Shown piece after piece: positions 30,239-40,035 of a DNA stretch of 64,000 bases (positions within the stretch are counted from its first letter, which is position 1; each line of letters begins with the position of its first letter). A program made the translations under genes and the position numbers. The notes under the pieces are model-generated. The model was not told the DNA's origin. It worked only from the letters and a program-made list of their open reading frames with translations, and made no database searches. The stretch comes from an uncultured Gemmatimonadales bacterium (GTDB lineage Bacteria > Gemmatimonadota > Gemmatimonadetes > Gemmatimonadales > GWC2-71-9). The stretch spans positions 32,001 through 96,000 of the forward strand of contig CAVSQW010000005.1 of the NCBI GenBank assembly GCA_963730185.1. The letters run 5' to 3'.

Positions 30239-31075
30239 GTGGCCGCCGGCTCGGCGGGGTCGGAGATTCGCCTGGCGACGGCGGCGATGGGCACCCGCTT
30301 CGAGCTGGTGGCCTTCGGGCCCGACCCGGTGCGGCTCCGGTCGGCCGGGGAGGCGGCGCTCGAGACGATCGAGGAGACCCATCACCGGTTTACCCGGTTC
30401 GAGCCGGGGAGCCTCCTGAGTCACATCCACCGCACTGCCTGGCGGACGGCGGTGACCCTGGACCGCGACGCGTTTCGGCTGTTCGAGGACGCACTCGACG
30501 TCTGGCGGGCATCGGACGGGGCCTTCGACCCAGCCTGGCAGACGCCGGCGCCCGGGTGCAGGGTGATCGAGCTGGACCCGGCGCGATCGACCATTCGACT
30601 CCAGACGCCGGTCCGGCTGGATCTGAGCGCAATCGCGAAGGGCCACGGGCTCGACCTCGCCCGCCGGGTGCTCACGGATCAGGGGATCGACTCGGCGTTC
30701 GTTCACGGCGGGACCAGCAGCGCGATCGCGATCGGCCGGCCCCCCGACGGCGATCGATGGCGGGTGCGGCTCGGTGACGAGCCCGACGCGCCGGTCGTGG
30801 GCCTGGCCGACGAGGGGCTCTCGGTCTCGGCTTCCCGGCGGACGGTGACGGCGGCGACGGATCCGGCACGCCACCTGGTCGATCCGGAGACCGGGCAGGC
30901 GGTCGCCGGCTCGGTGCGGGCAGCGGTCGTCGGGCCGTCGGCGCGGTTGGCGGACGCCTGGTCGACGGCCTTGGTGGTGAAGGGCGATCGGGCACCGGGG
31001 GTGCCCTGGCGGGCGTGGATCCAGACCGCCGGAGGGCCTTGGCAAGACGTCCGGGAAGCGAGAGCGCATGAGTGA
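30239..31075 (+). CDS. apbE: FAD:protein FMN transferase (ApbE-like), no signal peptide
   Basis: AMGTRF, SDGAFDP, LDLSAIAKGHGLD, HLVDPETG and ADAWSTAL motifs. Confidence 0.85.
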   Translation: MAAGSAGSEIRLATAAMGTRFELVAFGPDPVRLRSAGEAALETIEETHHRFTRFEPGSLLSHIHRTAWRTAVTLDRDAFRLFEDALDVWRASDGAFDPAWQTPAPGCRVIELDPARSTIRLQTPVRLDLSAIAKGHGLDLARRVLTDQGIDSAFVHGGTSSAIAIGRPPDGDRWRVRLGDEPDAPVVGLADEGLSVSASRRTVTAATDPARHLVDPETGQAVAGSVRAAVVGPSARLADAWSTALVVKGDRAPGVPWRAWIQTAGGPWQDVREARAHE

Positions 31076-32324
31076 GCTGGACCGCCGGAGCTTCGTCGCC
31101 CGCACGGTAGGCTCGCTGACCGGGCTGGCGCTGATTCCCGAGCTGGAGCGCATGGGACCCCGCCGCCTGCCGGGGGAGCGGCTGGTCGGATTGATCGGGG
31201 TCGGTCGACAGGGCCGGGCGATCATCGCCGAGCTCCAGAAGATCGAGGGCGTGAAGATCGCGGCCCTGGCCGACACCAATCCGGCGCGGCTTCGGATCGG
31301 CCTCGAGCGAGCCCCGGGTGCCGAAGGCTTCGGTGACCACCGCGCCATGCTGGAGAAGCGGCGCGATCTCGAAGCGGTGATCGTGGCTACCCCCACCCAC
31401 CGGCACCGGGCTCCCACGGTGGATGCGCTCGCCGCGGGGAAGCACGTCTTCTGCGAAGCCCCGATGGCGCACACAGTCGAGGACGCCGTGGCCATCGCGG
31501 CCGCCGCCGCGGCCAGGCCCGATCGAAAGTTCGCGGTGGGGTTCCAGGCCCGCTCGAATCCGGTCTACCAGCTGGCCCGGACCTTCTTCAAGACGGCTTC
31601 GTTTCGAGACTTCGTCTCGGGGCGGGCGCAGTACCACCGGAAGACGTCGCTCCGCTATCCGGCCTCGGGGGGCGCTTCGGCCAGGGAGGTCAACTGGCGG
31701 CTCGACCCGGAGGTGTCGTTGGGCCTGGAGGGAGAACTGGGGAGCCACCAGCTCGACGTGTTCCACTGGTTCCGGGGGTCGACGCCCTCCTCCGTGATGG
31801 GGATGGGGTCGATTCAGCTGCATCGCGACGGCCGGGAGCTGCCGGACACGGTACAGACGATCTTCCGGTGGGAGGACGGTACCGTGGTCCAGCACGAGGC
31901 GACCCTCGCGAACAGCTACGGCCGGCAGCAGGAGACGATGCACGGCACCAACGCCGCCTTCAACCTGGCGTGGACTCACGGCTGGATGTTCAAGGAGATC
32001 GACGCGCCGACCCTGGGGTGGGAGGTCTACGCGCTTCGGCAGCAGTTCAATCAGGACGAGGGGATCATCCTGATCGCCGACGCGACCAAGCTGGCGTCGA
32101 TCGGGCAGCTCAAGGCCGGGGTCGGGCTACCCTTCTCGCCGCTGTACTATGCCTTGGCCGATTTTCTCCGCAGCGTGGCCTTCCCGAACGTGCCGGTGAC
32201 CTGCTCGGCCCGGGACGGACTGGAGTCGACGGTGGTGGGCATCATGGCCCATCGGGCAGTGACGACCGGCAGCTCGGTGCCGATCGTCGTTCCGGCGCCG
32301 CCCGGAGCTCCCCCGGGGCGCTAG
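31068..32324 (+). CDS. Tat-exported Gfo/Idh/MocA oxidoreductase
   Basis: DRRSFV, GLIGVGRQG, ATPTHRH, VFCEAPM, NWR...ELGSHQLD motifs. Confidence 0.85.
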   Translation: MSELDRRSFVARTVGSLTGLALIPELERMGPRRLPGERLVGLIGVGRQGRAIIAELQKIEGVKIAALADTNPARLRIGLERAPGAEGFGDHRAMLEKRRDLEAVIVATPTHRHRAPTVDALAAGKHVFCEAPMAHTVEDAVAIAAAAAARPDRKFAVGFQARSNPVYQLARTFFKTASFRDFVSGRAQYHRKTSLRYPASGGASAREVNWRLDPEVSLGLEGELGSHQLDVFHWFRGSTPSSVMGMGSIQLHRDGRELPDTVQTIFRWEDGTVVQHEATLANSYGRQQETMHGTNAAFNLAWTHGWMFKEIDAPTLGWEVYALRQQFNQDEGIILIADATKLASIGQLKAGVGLPFSPLYYALADFLRSVAFPNVPVTCSARDGLESTVVGIMAHRAVTTGSSVPIVVPAPPGAPPGR

Positions 32325-32358
32325 CGCCACCTGGCGCGATCGCCCCGGGTCGAGGTCG

Positions 32359-32856
32359 TCAGGGTTTCCCGAAGAGGATGCCGCCAGCCAGCACGAACTG
32401 CGAGCCGTTCCGTACCTCGAGCCTGGCTTCGACGAACGGGATGGCGGTCGTACCCTTCACGTTGAAGCGGAGGCCGCCGATCAGGTTCAGGCCCAGGTCG
32501 GACGACCCACAGCTGTATCCGCCCGGACAACCATTCACGCTGCTGTGAGAATAGAGCAGCCCCGCCCCCGCGTAAGGCTTGAGGTTCTCGGCCGAGGTGT
32601 CGAACCGATAGATGCCGTTGCCCGAGAGCTCCCAGTAGTCGAAGCCGTTGGGGAAGAAGTAGTCGAAGGTCACCTGGCCTTCGATCGGATTGCGCTTCGA
32701 GAACTCGCCCAGGCCGAAATTGGCCCGGGCGCCGAGGCCGAAGTCGGTATCGGTTCCCCAGCTCACGTTGGCACCGAACCGGAACTGGGCCTGCGCCTGG
32801 GTCGCGCCGAGCGTGACAAACCCCAAGGCCATCAACCCGACCAGCAACTTTCTCAT
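32359..32856 (-). CDS. Small outer-membrane beta-barrel protein
   Basis: Signal peptide AQA, amphipathic strands, PYAGAGL; GGAGG RBS. Confidence 0.8.
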   Translation of the reverse strand: MRKLLVGLMALGFVTLGATQAQAQFRFGANVSWGTDTDFGLGARANFGLGEFSKRNPIEGQVTFDYFFPNGFDYWELSGNGIYRFDTSAENLKPYAGAGLLYSHSSVNGCPGGYSCGSSDLGLNLIGGLRFNVKGTTAIPFVEARLEVRNGSQFVLAGGILFGKP

Positions 32857-32948
32857 GGATCCTCCCTCGAAGTCATCGGGCCCGGGTCGATCGCCAGGGC
32901 ACGAGTGGTCACCGACCGTCGGAATGACGAACGGTGGGTTGCCGGAGC

Positions 32949-33917
32949 TCAGGACGTCCCGTCGTCGCGGGCCGGCGTGAGCAGGATGTTCCGGTAGCGG
33001 ACACCGGTGTGGTCTCCCTGAAGCATAAGGGGGCCGGGGGCGGCTTCGTCGCTATCCAAGGCCCCGCCGGTAATGCCGGGAATCTCTTGACCGTCGATGA
33101 CGGTGACGCCGTTGAGCACCACGGTGACCACCCGTCCGACGAAGGTGATGTCGAAGGTCTGCCATTCGCCGGCGGGCCGGGCCGGCAGCGCGGTCGGGGT
33201 CACCTGTCCGTAGACGCCGCCCATTCGGCGGCTTCCCGGTGGCTGACCGAAGTCGTCCTGCACCTGGACCTCGTGCCGGCCCCGAAGGTAGATGCCGCTG
33301 TTGCCCCCCTTCGGGACGTCGACCTCAATATGAAGCGCGAAGTTGCCGAACCGTTGCAGGGAGACGAGGTCGCTGCTGGGCGTCCGGTTCTCGAGGACAC
33401 CACCCTCGAGCCGCCAGCCATTGGGTGCCCCGGACTCGCGGATTCGCCAGCCGTCGAGGCCGGATGCGAGCAGATCGACGGGCTCGGCCCAATTGACCAG
33501 CGGAGGCACCGCCAGAGCCGGCGCCCGACCACCGACGAGGGTCCACCGGCCCGAGGCACCGGTCATCGTGCCGTGAATCCGGTCACCTGCCCCAAGCCGG
33601 ATCTCGATGCTCGTAGGCTTGATGGATGGATCGCCTTCGTCGGGCCAGAGGAACGAGAAGCCCTCGGGCACCGCGTGAATCGCGGCGATCGGGGTCGCGT
33701 GCCCGAACGCACCCTGGAAGCGGCCGGCCAACGAGTCGCCGCTGGACACCACCTCGAGCCAGGCGGGGTGAGTCCCGTCGGGTCCGGTCAGGGTCAGGTC
33801 CCACCGGCCGAGGGGGGATGGGGATTGGGTCGGCGCGGCGGCGAGGCCGATCGCAACACAGAGCAGAGCGACGATCGTCACGCGCGGGACTCCCACGCCA
33901 GGGTCAGGCCGTCCCAA
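32949..33917 (-). CDS. DUF1080 (3-keto-disaccharide hydrolase-like) exported protein; start uncertain
   Basis: LDGW, GNSGIYLRGRHEVQV, GEWQTFDI, LNG and LQGDHTGVRYRNI motifs. Confidence 0.85.
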   Translation of the reverse strand: MGRPDPGVGVPRVTIVALLCVAIGLAAAPTQSPSPLGRWDLTLTGPDGTHPAWLEVVSSGDSLAGRFQGAFGHATPIAAIHAVPEGFSFLWPDEGDPSIKPTSIEIRLGAGDRIHGTMTGASGRWTLVGGRAPALAVPPLVNWAEPVDLLASGLDGWRIRESGAPNGWRLEGGVLENRTPSSDLVSLQRFGNFALHIEVDVPKGGNSGIYLRGRHEVQVQDDFGQPPGSRRMGGVYGQVTPTALPARPAGEWQTFDITFVGRVVTVVLNGVTVIDGQEIPGITGGALDSDEAAPGPLMLQGDHTGVRYRNILLTPARDDGTS

Positions 33918-34031
33918 CGCGCGAATAGCCGGGCGGCAGCGCCCCGGAGGACCCGGATCCTCTCGGGCCGAGGGCTCCTCAGAATATACGGAAAGGTGCC
34001 CGGCGGGCGGCAGTGGGACGCCGCCCAGCCG

Positions 34032-34817
34032 TCAGTAGGAGATGCTGATCCCCGCGGTGAAGAACCGATCGGTCTTGGCGAACCGCTCGAGGGTGGGATT
34101 CGGGGCGGGCTTCAGGCCGGGCAGGTTGTCGTAGCGGACAACGTAGGCCAGCTTGAGCCCGATCGCCGTGGAGATCGGCGCCACCAGCGACGACTCGGAG
34201 TTGAGCCGCCAATCGGTGGCATCGTCGAAGTTCGGGAGGAAGTCGACCGACTGGCTCGCGAAGGCGGACTTGCTGAAGATGTGCTTATAGCTCGCCCCGA
34301 TCCGGCCGGCCTTGTAGTTGTTGTCGAAGGTACCGGGCGGCTCGGCGACGGTGTTGCGCTGTTGGAAGAGCGAGAGACCGCCTTCGAACTCGAGCTCGTC
34401 CCGAGGTAGCGCCACCGGCTTCCAGCTCAAGCCCACGGTTTCCTCGAACCGCCGAGCGATGCCTGCGAAGACGTTCCGGTCCCATCCGGTGAGCCCGAAG
34501 ACGAAGAGCCCGTCGGTCAGGTGGTGCTCCAGCCGGAGATGGCCTCGGTAGTTCTCGGCACTCTTTTCACCGTCGGTGCGACCATAGACCATCGCGAAGG
34601 TCTGGGTAAACACCAGCCGCTTATCTTGGGTCTGGGCGACGAACTTGTCTCCCACGTTGAACGCGGTGACGCTGCTGTTGCCGGCCGTGTTCACGAACCC
34701 TAGATCGGCCGAGGCGGACGTAGTTTTCACCGGCTGGGCCTGGGCCTGAGCCACGCCGGCGGCGAAGGTCGTCGCGAGGGCGAGTAAGCCGATGGAAGAC
34801 AAGAAGATACGTCGCAT
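34032..34817 (-). CDS. DUF481 (YdiY-like) outer-membrane beta-barrel
   Basis: Signal peptide; LGFVNTAGNS; C-terminal KTDRFFTAGISISY. Confidence 0.8.
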   Translation of the reverse strand: MRRIFLSSIGLLALATTFAAGVAQAQAQPVKTTSASADLGFVNTAGNSSVTAFNVGDKFVAQTQDKRLVFTQTFAMVYGRTDGEKSAENYRGHLRLEHHLTDGLFVFGLTGWDRNVFAGIARRFEETVGLSWKPVALPRDELEFEGGLSLFQQRNTVAEPPGTFDNNYKAGRIGASYKHIFSKSAFASQSVDFLPNFDDATDWRLNSESSLVAPISTAIGLKLAYVVRYDNLPGLKPAPNPTLERFAKTDRFFTAGISISY

Positions 34818-34883
34818 GACCCGTTCGAGCTGAGATTTGGTAAGGGCTACAAGAAAAGCGGGCCGGCCCCAAACCGCAACCGG

Positions 34884-34905
34884 GAATTCGGCGCAAGATC
34901 CGGAT
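34884..34905 (+). promoter_or_regulatory. Putative Ada box
   Basis: GAATTCGGCGCAAGATCCGGAT about 60 nt upstream of ada; GCGCAAGAT resembles the E. coli ada promoter Ada site as recalled. Confidence 0.45.
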
Positions 34906-34961
34906 GGTCCCGTTGGACCGAAACCGCTACGGTGGAGGACCCCGAACCCGCGAAACGCCGA

Positions 34962-36062
34962 ATGACGATGATGACCGCCAAGCCCCTGATCCTGCCCGAC
35001 TCCTGGACGCCTGAACGCGCCTGGCGCGCCGTGACCGGACGTGACGCCTCGGCCCGTGGAGCGTTTGTCTACGCGGTCCGGACCACCGGAATCTACTGCC
35101 GGCCGGGATGCCCCTCCCGCCTGCCCCGGCGTGAGAATGTCCGCTTCTTCGCCCAGGGCGAGGCAGCCAGACTGGCGGGTTACCGGGCCTGTCTCCGGTG
35201 CCGACCCGACGAGACGGTCGACGGGGCCGATTCGCTGGAACGGGCCCGGGCCCTGGTGCTGGAGCGAGACGACCCGGTCACCCTGAGCGAGCTGGGGCAA
35301 GCGGTGGGTCTCAGCCCGGCCCATCTCCAACGCCGGTTCAAGCAGCGATTCGGCGTGTCGCCCCGCGAGCTCTGGAACACCCACCGGGAGGAGCGCTTCC
35401 GATCACTCCTTCGCGAGGACGGGGCCACCGTGACCCGGGCGACCTACGACGCCGGGTTCGGCTCCAGCAGCCGGGTGTACGAGCGGGCGGCGACCACCCT
35501 GGGCATGACGCCGGCCCGGTACGCGCGGGGCGGGCCGGGGCTCGCGATCCGCTACACCGTCGTGGATTCGCCCCTCGGGAGGCTGCTGGTCGCCGTCACC
35601 GACCGCGGGGTCTGCGCGGTATCGCTCGGGACGACGGACGAGGCGCTGGCGTCCGGGCTTCGGAAGGAATTCCCGCGGGCGACGCTGAGCCGGGTGGACG
35701 AGGGCGACGCATGGCTGGCCGCCATGGTGGACCGGGTGGCCCGGGCCGTCTCGATGGAGTCGCCCTACCCCGGCGGCCCGGAGCTGCCGCTCGAGCTGGT
35801 GGGGACGACCTTCCAGCGACGGGTGTGGCGGGCGCTGCTGGAGATCCCGGCGGGCGAGACCCGAAGCTATGGGCAGCTCGCGGATCGGCTCGGCGACCCC
35901 AAGGCGACCCGTGCGGTCGCGCGAGCCTGCGCCTCGAACCGGCTGGCGGTGGTGGTCCCCTGCCACCGGGTGGTGCGAAGCGACGGCTCGCTGGGCGGTT
36001 ATCGCTGGGGCCTTCCGGCCAAGGAGGCCCTGCTGGCCCGGGAGCACGCCGCGGCTGGCTGA
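34962..36062 (+). CDS. ada: Bifunctional Ada regulator / O6-methylguanine-DNA methyltransferase
   Basis: TTGIYCRPGCPSR and ACLRCRP (Zn site), AraC HTH, PCHRV active site. Confidence 0.95.
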   Translation: MTMMTAKPLILPDSWTPERAWRAVTGRDASARGAFVYAVRTTGIYCRPGCPSRLPRRENVRFFAQGEAARLAGYRACLRCRPDETVDGADSLERARALVLERDDPVTLSELGQAVGLSPAHLQRRFKQRFGVSPRELWNTHREERFRSLLREDGATVTRATYDAGFGSSSRVYERAATTLGMTPARYARGGPGLAIRYTVVDSPLGRLLVAVTDRGVCAVSLGTTDEALASGLRKEFPRATLSRVDEGDAWLAAMVDRVARAVSMESPYPGGPELPLELVGTTFQRRVWRALLEIPAGETRSYGQLADRLGDPKATRAVARACASNRLAVVVPCHRVVRSDGSLGGYRWGLPAKEALLAREHAAAG

Positions 36063-36184
36063 TCCGGCCAATCGGGATCGGCCCTGGCTTGCCTTGTCCA
36101 GCCGGGTGGCCCGCGGTATCCTCGCGGTGCCGGCGGCACTTCAGGGGTACCGCCGGCACCGACACTCAGCCCAGGATACCGCGC

Positions 36185-37177
36185 ATGCAATACACCCGGC
36201 TGGGCCGGACCGGCCTCACCGTCTCCCGTATCTGCCTCGGCTGCATGAGCTATGGCGACCCCCAGTGGCGGCCCTGGGTGCTCGACGAGCAGGCGGCCAA
36301 GCCGTTCTTCCGTCGGGCGGTCGAGCTGGGCATCAACTTCTTCGATACCGCCGACATGTACTCACTCGGGGTGAGCGAGGAGGTGACCGGCCGGGCCCTC
36401 CGGGAGTACGCCCGGATGGACGAGGTGGTGCTGGCGACCAAGGTCTTCTTCGGGATGCGGGGCGAGTCGGCCAACATGGGCGGACTTTCCCGGAAGCACA
36501 TCGTCCAGGGCTGCGAGGCGAGTCTCAAGCGGCTGGGCGTGGACACGATCGATCTCTACCAGGTCCACCGGTTCGACCCCGAGACGCCGATCGAGGAGAC
36601 CCTCGAGGCGCTCGACCTGCTGGTCCGCCAGGGTAAGGTGCGCTACCTCGGCGCCAGCTCGACCTACGCCTGGAAGCTGATGAAGGCGCTCTCGATCTCG
36701 GAGCGGCGGGGGCTGGCGCGGTTCGTCTCGATGCAGAACCACTACAACCTCCTCTACCGCGAAGAGGAGCGAGAAATGATGCCGCTCTGCCGGGACGAGG
36801 GGTTGGGTGTCATTCCGTGGTCGCCGCTGGCGCGGGGCGTGCTGGTCCGACCGGTGACCGACCGCACGGCGACGGCCCGAGGCGAGAGCGACAAGCTCAC
36901 CCCTGAGCTCTACGATCACCCGGGCGACACCCAGATCATCGAGGCCAATCTCAAGATCGCGACGGCGCGCGGCGTCTCGCCGGCCGAGACGGCGCTGGCC
37001 TGGTTGCTCTCGCGGCCGGGGGTGACCGCTCCGATCGTCGGGATCACCAAGCTCCCCCAGCTCGACACGGCGGCAAAGGCGGTGGACCTGACGCTCACCG
37101 CCGAGGAGTGCGCCGCGCTGGAGGCGCCTTACACCCCCCGCGGCATCAAAGGCTGGTACGAGGGGCGGCGGATCTAG
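36185..37177 (+). CDS. Aldo/keto reductase (YajO-like)
   Basis: LGCMSYG, FFDTADMYS, LATK, IDLYQVHR and PWSPLARG motifs. Confidence 0.92.
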   Translation: MQYTRLGRTGLTVSRICLGCMSYGDPQWRPWVLDEQAAKPFFRRAVELGINFFDTADMYSLGVSEEVTGRALREYARMDEVVLATKVFFGMRGESANMGGLSRKHIVQGCEASLKRLGVDTIDLYQVHRFDPETPIEETLEALDLLVRQGKVRYLGASSTYAWKLMKALSISERRGLARFVSMQNHYNLLYREEEREMMPLCRDEGLGVIPWSPLARGVLVRPVTDRTATARGESDKLTPELYDHPGDTQIIEANLKIATARGVSPAETALAWLLSRPGVTAPIVGITKLPQLDTAAKAVDLTLTAEECAALEAPYTPRGIKGWYEGRRI

Positions 37178-37674
37178 GAGGCCGACCGGGCGCGGACCTC
37201 CTCCTCGGTGAGGCCGAAGAGCTGGGGGGCCTCGACGCCGAGGAGGCCCAGTTCGAAGTAGATCTGGCCGCGGTGGTGGGCTTCGTGCTCGACCATCGCC
37301 CGGAGCCACTTGGCCGTGGTGATGGAGGTGCCGGCCGGAGTGATGCTCTTGCCGGCGAGCTCGGCCGGCGTGAGGGTTTCGAAGATGGCGCAGGACTCGG
37401 CATGCAGCCGGTCCATCAGGTCACCGACCGCCGACCGGTCGGAGGCCGGCTCCGGCCCGTGACCGGCGTAGCGGCTGGGGCGCCCGGCCACGTTCTCCGC
37501 GTACATCCACCGTTCGATGGCGGCCAGGTGCCGGAACTGGTCGCCCAGGGTCCAGCGGCCCCCACCGGGCGACCATTCCAGCCGATCTTCGGGCACCAGC
37601 GGCAGGAGTCGGCGGGTGCGACGGCGCACTCCACGCCAGTACTCGACGAACGTTGGTCCTGAATCCGGCAGCAT
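37174..37674 (-). CDS. DinB family protein
   Basis: AGGAGG RBS; RHLAAIE and EHEAHHRGQ motifs. Confidence 0.85.
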   Translation of the reverse strand: MLPDSGPTFVEYWRGVRRRTRRLLPLVPEDRLEWSPGGGRWTLGDQFRHLAAIERWMYAENVAGRPSRYAGHGPEPASDRSAVGDLMDRLHAESCAIFETLTPAELAGKSITPAGTSITTAKWLRAMVEHEAHHRGQIYFELGLLGVEAPQLFGLTEEEVRARSAS

Positions 37675-37903
37675 CGTGGCACCTCCTGCATCGGCTGAGA
37701 TCGGCGGGCGCGAAGCCCTCGGACGACGCCGGAATGTTCCACCCGGAGCACCGCGCTCGGCAAGCCGGCGGCCGGGCGACCGGACCGGATCTGTTGACCG
37801 AACGGCCGCTTCTTCCCATTGTATCCGCGGGGCCGAATTCGACCGGCCCGGAGGAACGAATGGAGCGACCCCGCTCTCGCACCCCGAACCAGGGGAGGCG
37901 CCG

Positions 37904-38344
37904 ATGCGCAGCCCGACGGAGGCCCGAGTGACCACGACGCAACCAGACCGCATTCGCCAGTATCTCCGGCGCCGCGGCTGTACACCCAGCATCGTGAAAG
38001 GTGGCCTGGAAGGTCTCGTCTCCCATTGGGACAGCGTGGTCGGCGCCGTCGAGGAGGGCTACGACCTCACCCTGAGCGACTACCGGACCGACATGGAGCT
38101 CCGGGACGTCCTGGCAGGCGCCCTGGACGTCGCGACCACGGACGACCGGGCCCAGGCCGAGACGGAGATCGAGACGCTGGACCGCCGGTTCCGCGAGCTC
38201 ACGGTGGACTGCCCCCCGATCGTGAGCGAGGACGTCATCGAGGAGAACGGGTACGACCCGGCGGAGCAATGGTGGTTCTATCGGCGGCCCACGAGCCCCG
38301 CCCCCGACTTCGAAGAGGAGCTCCGCGAAGCCGACCTTGTCTGA
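37904..38344 (+). CDS. Hypothetical acidic protein
   Basis: GGAGG RBS, GC3-biased codons, overlaps the next gene start; alternative GTG start at 37928. Confidence 0.65.
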   Translation: MRSPTEARVTTTQPDRIRQYLRRRGCTPSIVKGGLEGLVSHWDSVVGAVEEGYDLTLSDYRTDMELRDVLAGALDVATTDDRAQAETEIETLDRRFRELTVDCPPIVSEDVIEENGYDPAEQWWFYRRPTSPAPDFEEELREADLV

Positions 38345-38747
38345 CGCCGGCCCCCCGGCTCAGCTGCTTCTCTACGACGGAGTCTGCGCCCTCTGCAACT
38401 GGGCGGTTCGGCTGGTCCTTCGCTTCGACCGCCGCCGGACCATGGAGTTCGCCCCGCTGGGCGGACCGACGGCCACCCGCGCTCTCGCCTCTCATCCCGA
38501 GCTCGCCTCGGTCGACTCCATCGTCCTGATCGAAGGCGACCAGACCAGCGTTCGCTCGACCGCGGTGCTCCGAGTGGTGCGCTATCTCGGCCGGGCCTGG
38601 AAGATCCTGCTGGTGGGCTACCTGATTCCCCGGGAGATCCGGGACTCGCTCTACGACGTGGTGGCGCACTGGCGGAAGCGGATCTTCGGCCGGTACGACA
38701 CCTGTCCGCTACCTCCCGCTGAGCACCGATCGCGATTTCGGGCCTGA
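38337..38747 (+). CDS. DCC family thiol-disulfide oxidoreductase (DUF393)
   Basis: LLYDGVCALC and RDSLYDVVAHWRKRIFG motifs. Confidence 0.88.
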   Translation: MSDAGPPAQLLLYDGVCALCNWAVRLVLRFDRRRTMEFAPLGGPTATRALASHPELASVDSIVLIEGDQTSVRSTAVLRVVRYLGRAWKILLVGYLIPREIRDSLYDVVAHWRKRIFGRYDTCPLPPAEHRSRFRA

Positions 38748-38815
38748 GGCCGCGGGCATTCACGAAACAGAACGCTCGTTGTATTCTCCTGTTCGCCCTC
38801 AGCGGACCCGTTCCC

Positions 38816-40021
38816 ATGCAAGACGCCTTCATCTTCGACGCCGTGCGGACCCCCCGTGGCCGGGGCAAGCCGGACGGTTCTCTCCACGAGGTCTCGCCGG
38901 TGGAGCTCCTGGCCACGCCGCTCCGGGCGCTGGTGCGCCGGAACGCGCTCGACGCCTCGCTGGTCGAGGATGTCATGGTCGGATGCGTCGACGCCGTCAA
39001 GGACCAGTCGGGGGTCGGCCGGTGGGGGGTGCTCGCGGCCGGGTATCCGGAGCAGGTGCCGGCGACGGTCATCAACCGGTACTGCGGGTCGGGACTCGAG
39101 TCGGTGAACCTGATCGCCGCCAAGGTCATGGCGGGTCAGATCGACCTCGGCGTCGGCGGTGGGGTGGAGCAGATGTCCCGGGTGCCGATGGGGTCGTCGG
39201 GATTCGCGCCCGCCACCGACCCCCTGCTCGCGGCCGCATTCCACTTCGTGCCGCAGGGCGTCTCGGCCGATCTGATCGCGACCCGGAGCGGGTACTCGCG
39301 GGCTCGCCTCGACGGGTTCGCGGTCGAGTCGCAGCAGCGGGCCCGGGCGGCGTGGGAGGGTGGCCACTTCGCCAAGTCGGTGGTGCCGGTGGTCGATCGG
39401 AACGGCCTCACGATCCTGGACCGGGACGAGCATCCCCGCCCCGACACCACGGTGGAGAGCCTGGGCAAGCTGGAACCGTCGTTCGCCAAGGTGGCCAAGC
39501 TGGCCGGGTTCGATCGGGTGGTGCTCCAGCGGTATCCGGAGATCGAGCGGTTGGCCTTCTTTCATCACGCCGGGAACTCGAGCGGCATCGTGGACGGTTC
39601 GGCCGCGGTACTGGTCGGTAACCAGGCGGCCGGGGAACGGATCGGCGCCAAGCCGCGGGCCCGGATCCGGAGCTTCGCGGCGGTGGGGGCTGATCCGCTG
39701 ATCATGCTCACGGCGCCGGCCGATGCCAGCCGGAAGGCGTTGGCGAAGGCGGGGCTGAGCGTGAGCGACGTGGATCTCTGGGAAGTCAACGAGGCGTTCG
39801 CGTCGGTGGTGCTCTACTTCATGGATCAGACGGGCGTGTCGCGGGACACGATCAACGTCAACGGCGGCGCCATCGCGATGGGCCACCCGCTGGGCGCCAC
39901 GGGCGCGATTCTCCTCGGCACCCTGCTCGACGAGCTGGAGCGGCGGGGCAAGCGCATCGGAGTCGCGACCCTCTGCGTCGCCGGCGGCATGGCCGTCGCC
40001 ACCGTCATCGAGCGCGTCTGA
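38816..40021 (+). CDS. fadA: Acetyl-CoA C-acyltransferase (thiolase)
   Basis: [29 protein letters not shown] and LCVAGGM motifs. Confidence 0.93.
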   Translation: MQDAFIFDAVRTPRGRGKPDGSLHEVSPVELLATPLRALVRRNALDASLVEDVMVGCVDAVKDQSGVGRWGVLAAGYPEQVPATVINRYCGSGLESVNLIAAKVMAGQIDLGVGGGVEQMSRVPMGSSGFAPATDPLLAAAFHFVPQGVSADLIATRSGYSRARLDGFAVESQQRARAAWEGGHFAKSVVPVVDRNGLTILDRDEHPRPDTTVESLGKLEPSFAKVAKLAGFDRVVLQRYPEIERLAFFHHAGNSSGIVDGSAAVLVGNQAAGERIGAKPRARIRSFAAVGADPLIMLTAPADASRKALAKAGLSVSDVDLWEVNEAFASVVLYFMDQTGVSRDTINVNGGAIAMGHPLGATGAILLGTLLDELERRGKRIGVATLCVAGGMAVATVIERV

Positions 40022-40035
40022 CCGGAGCCACGACC

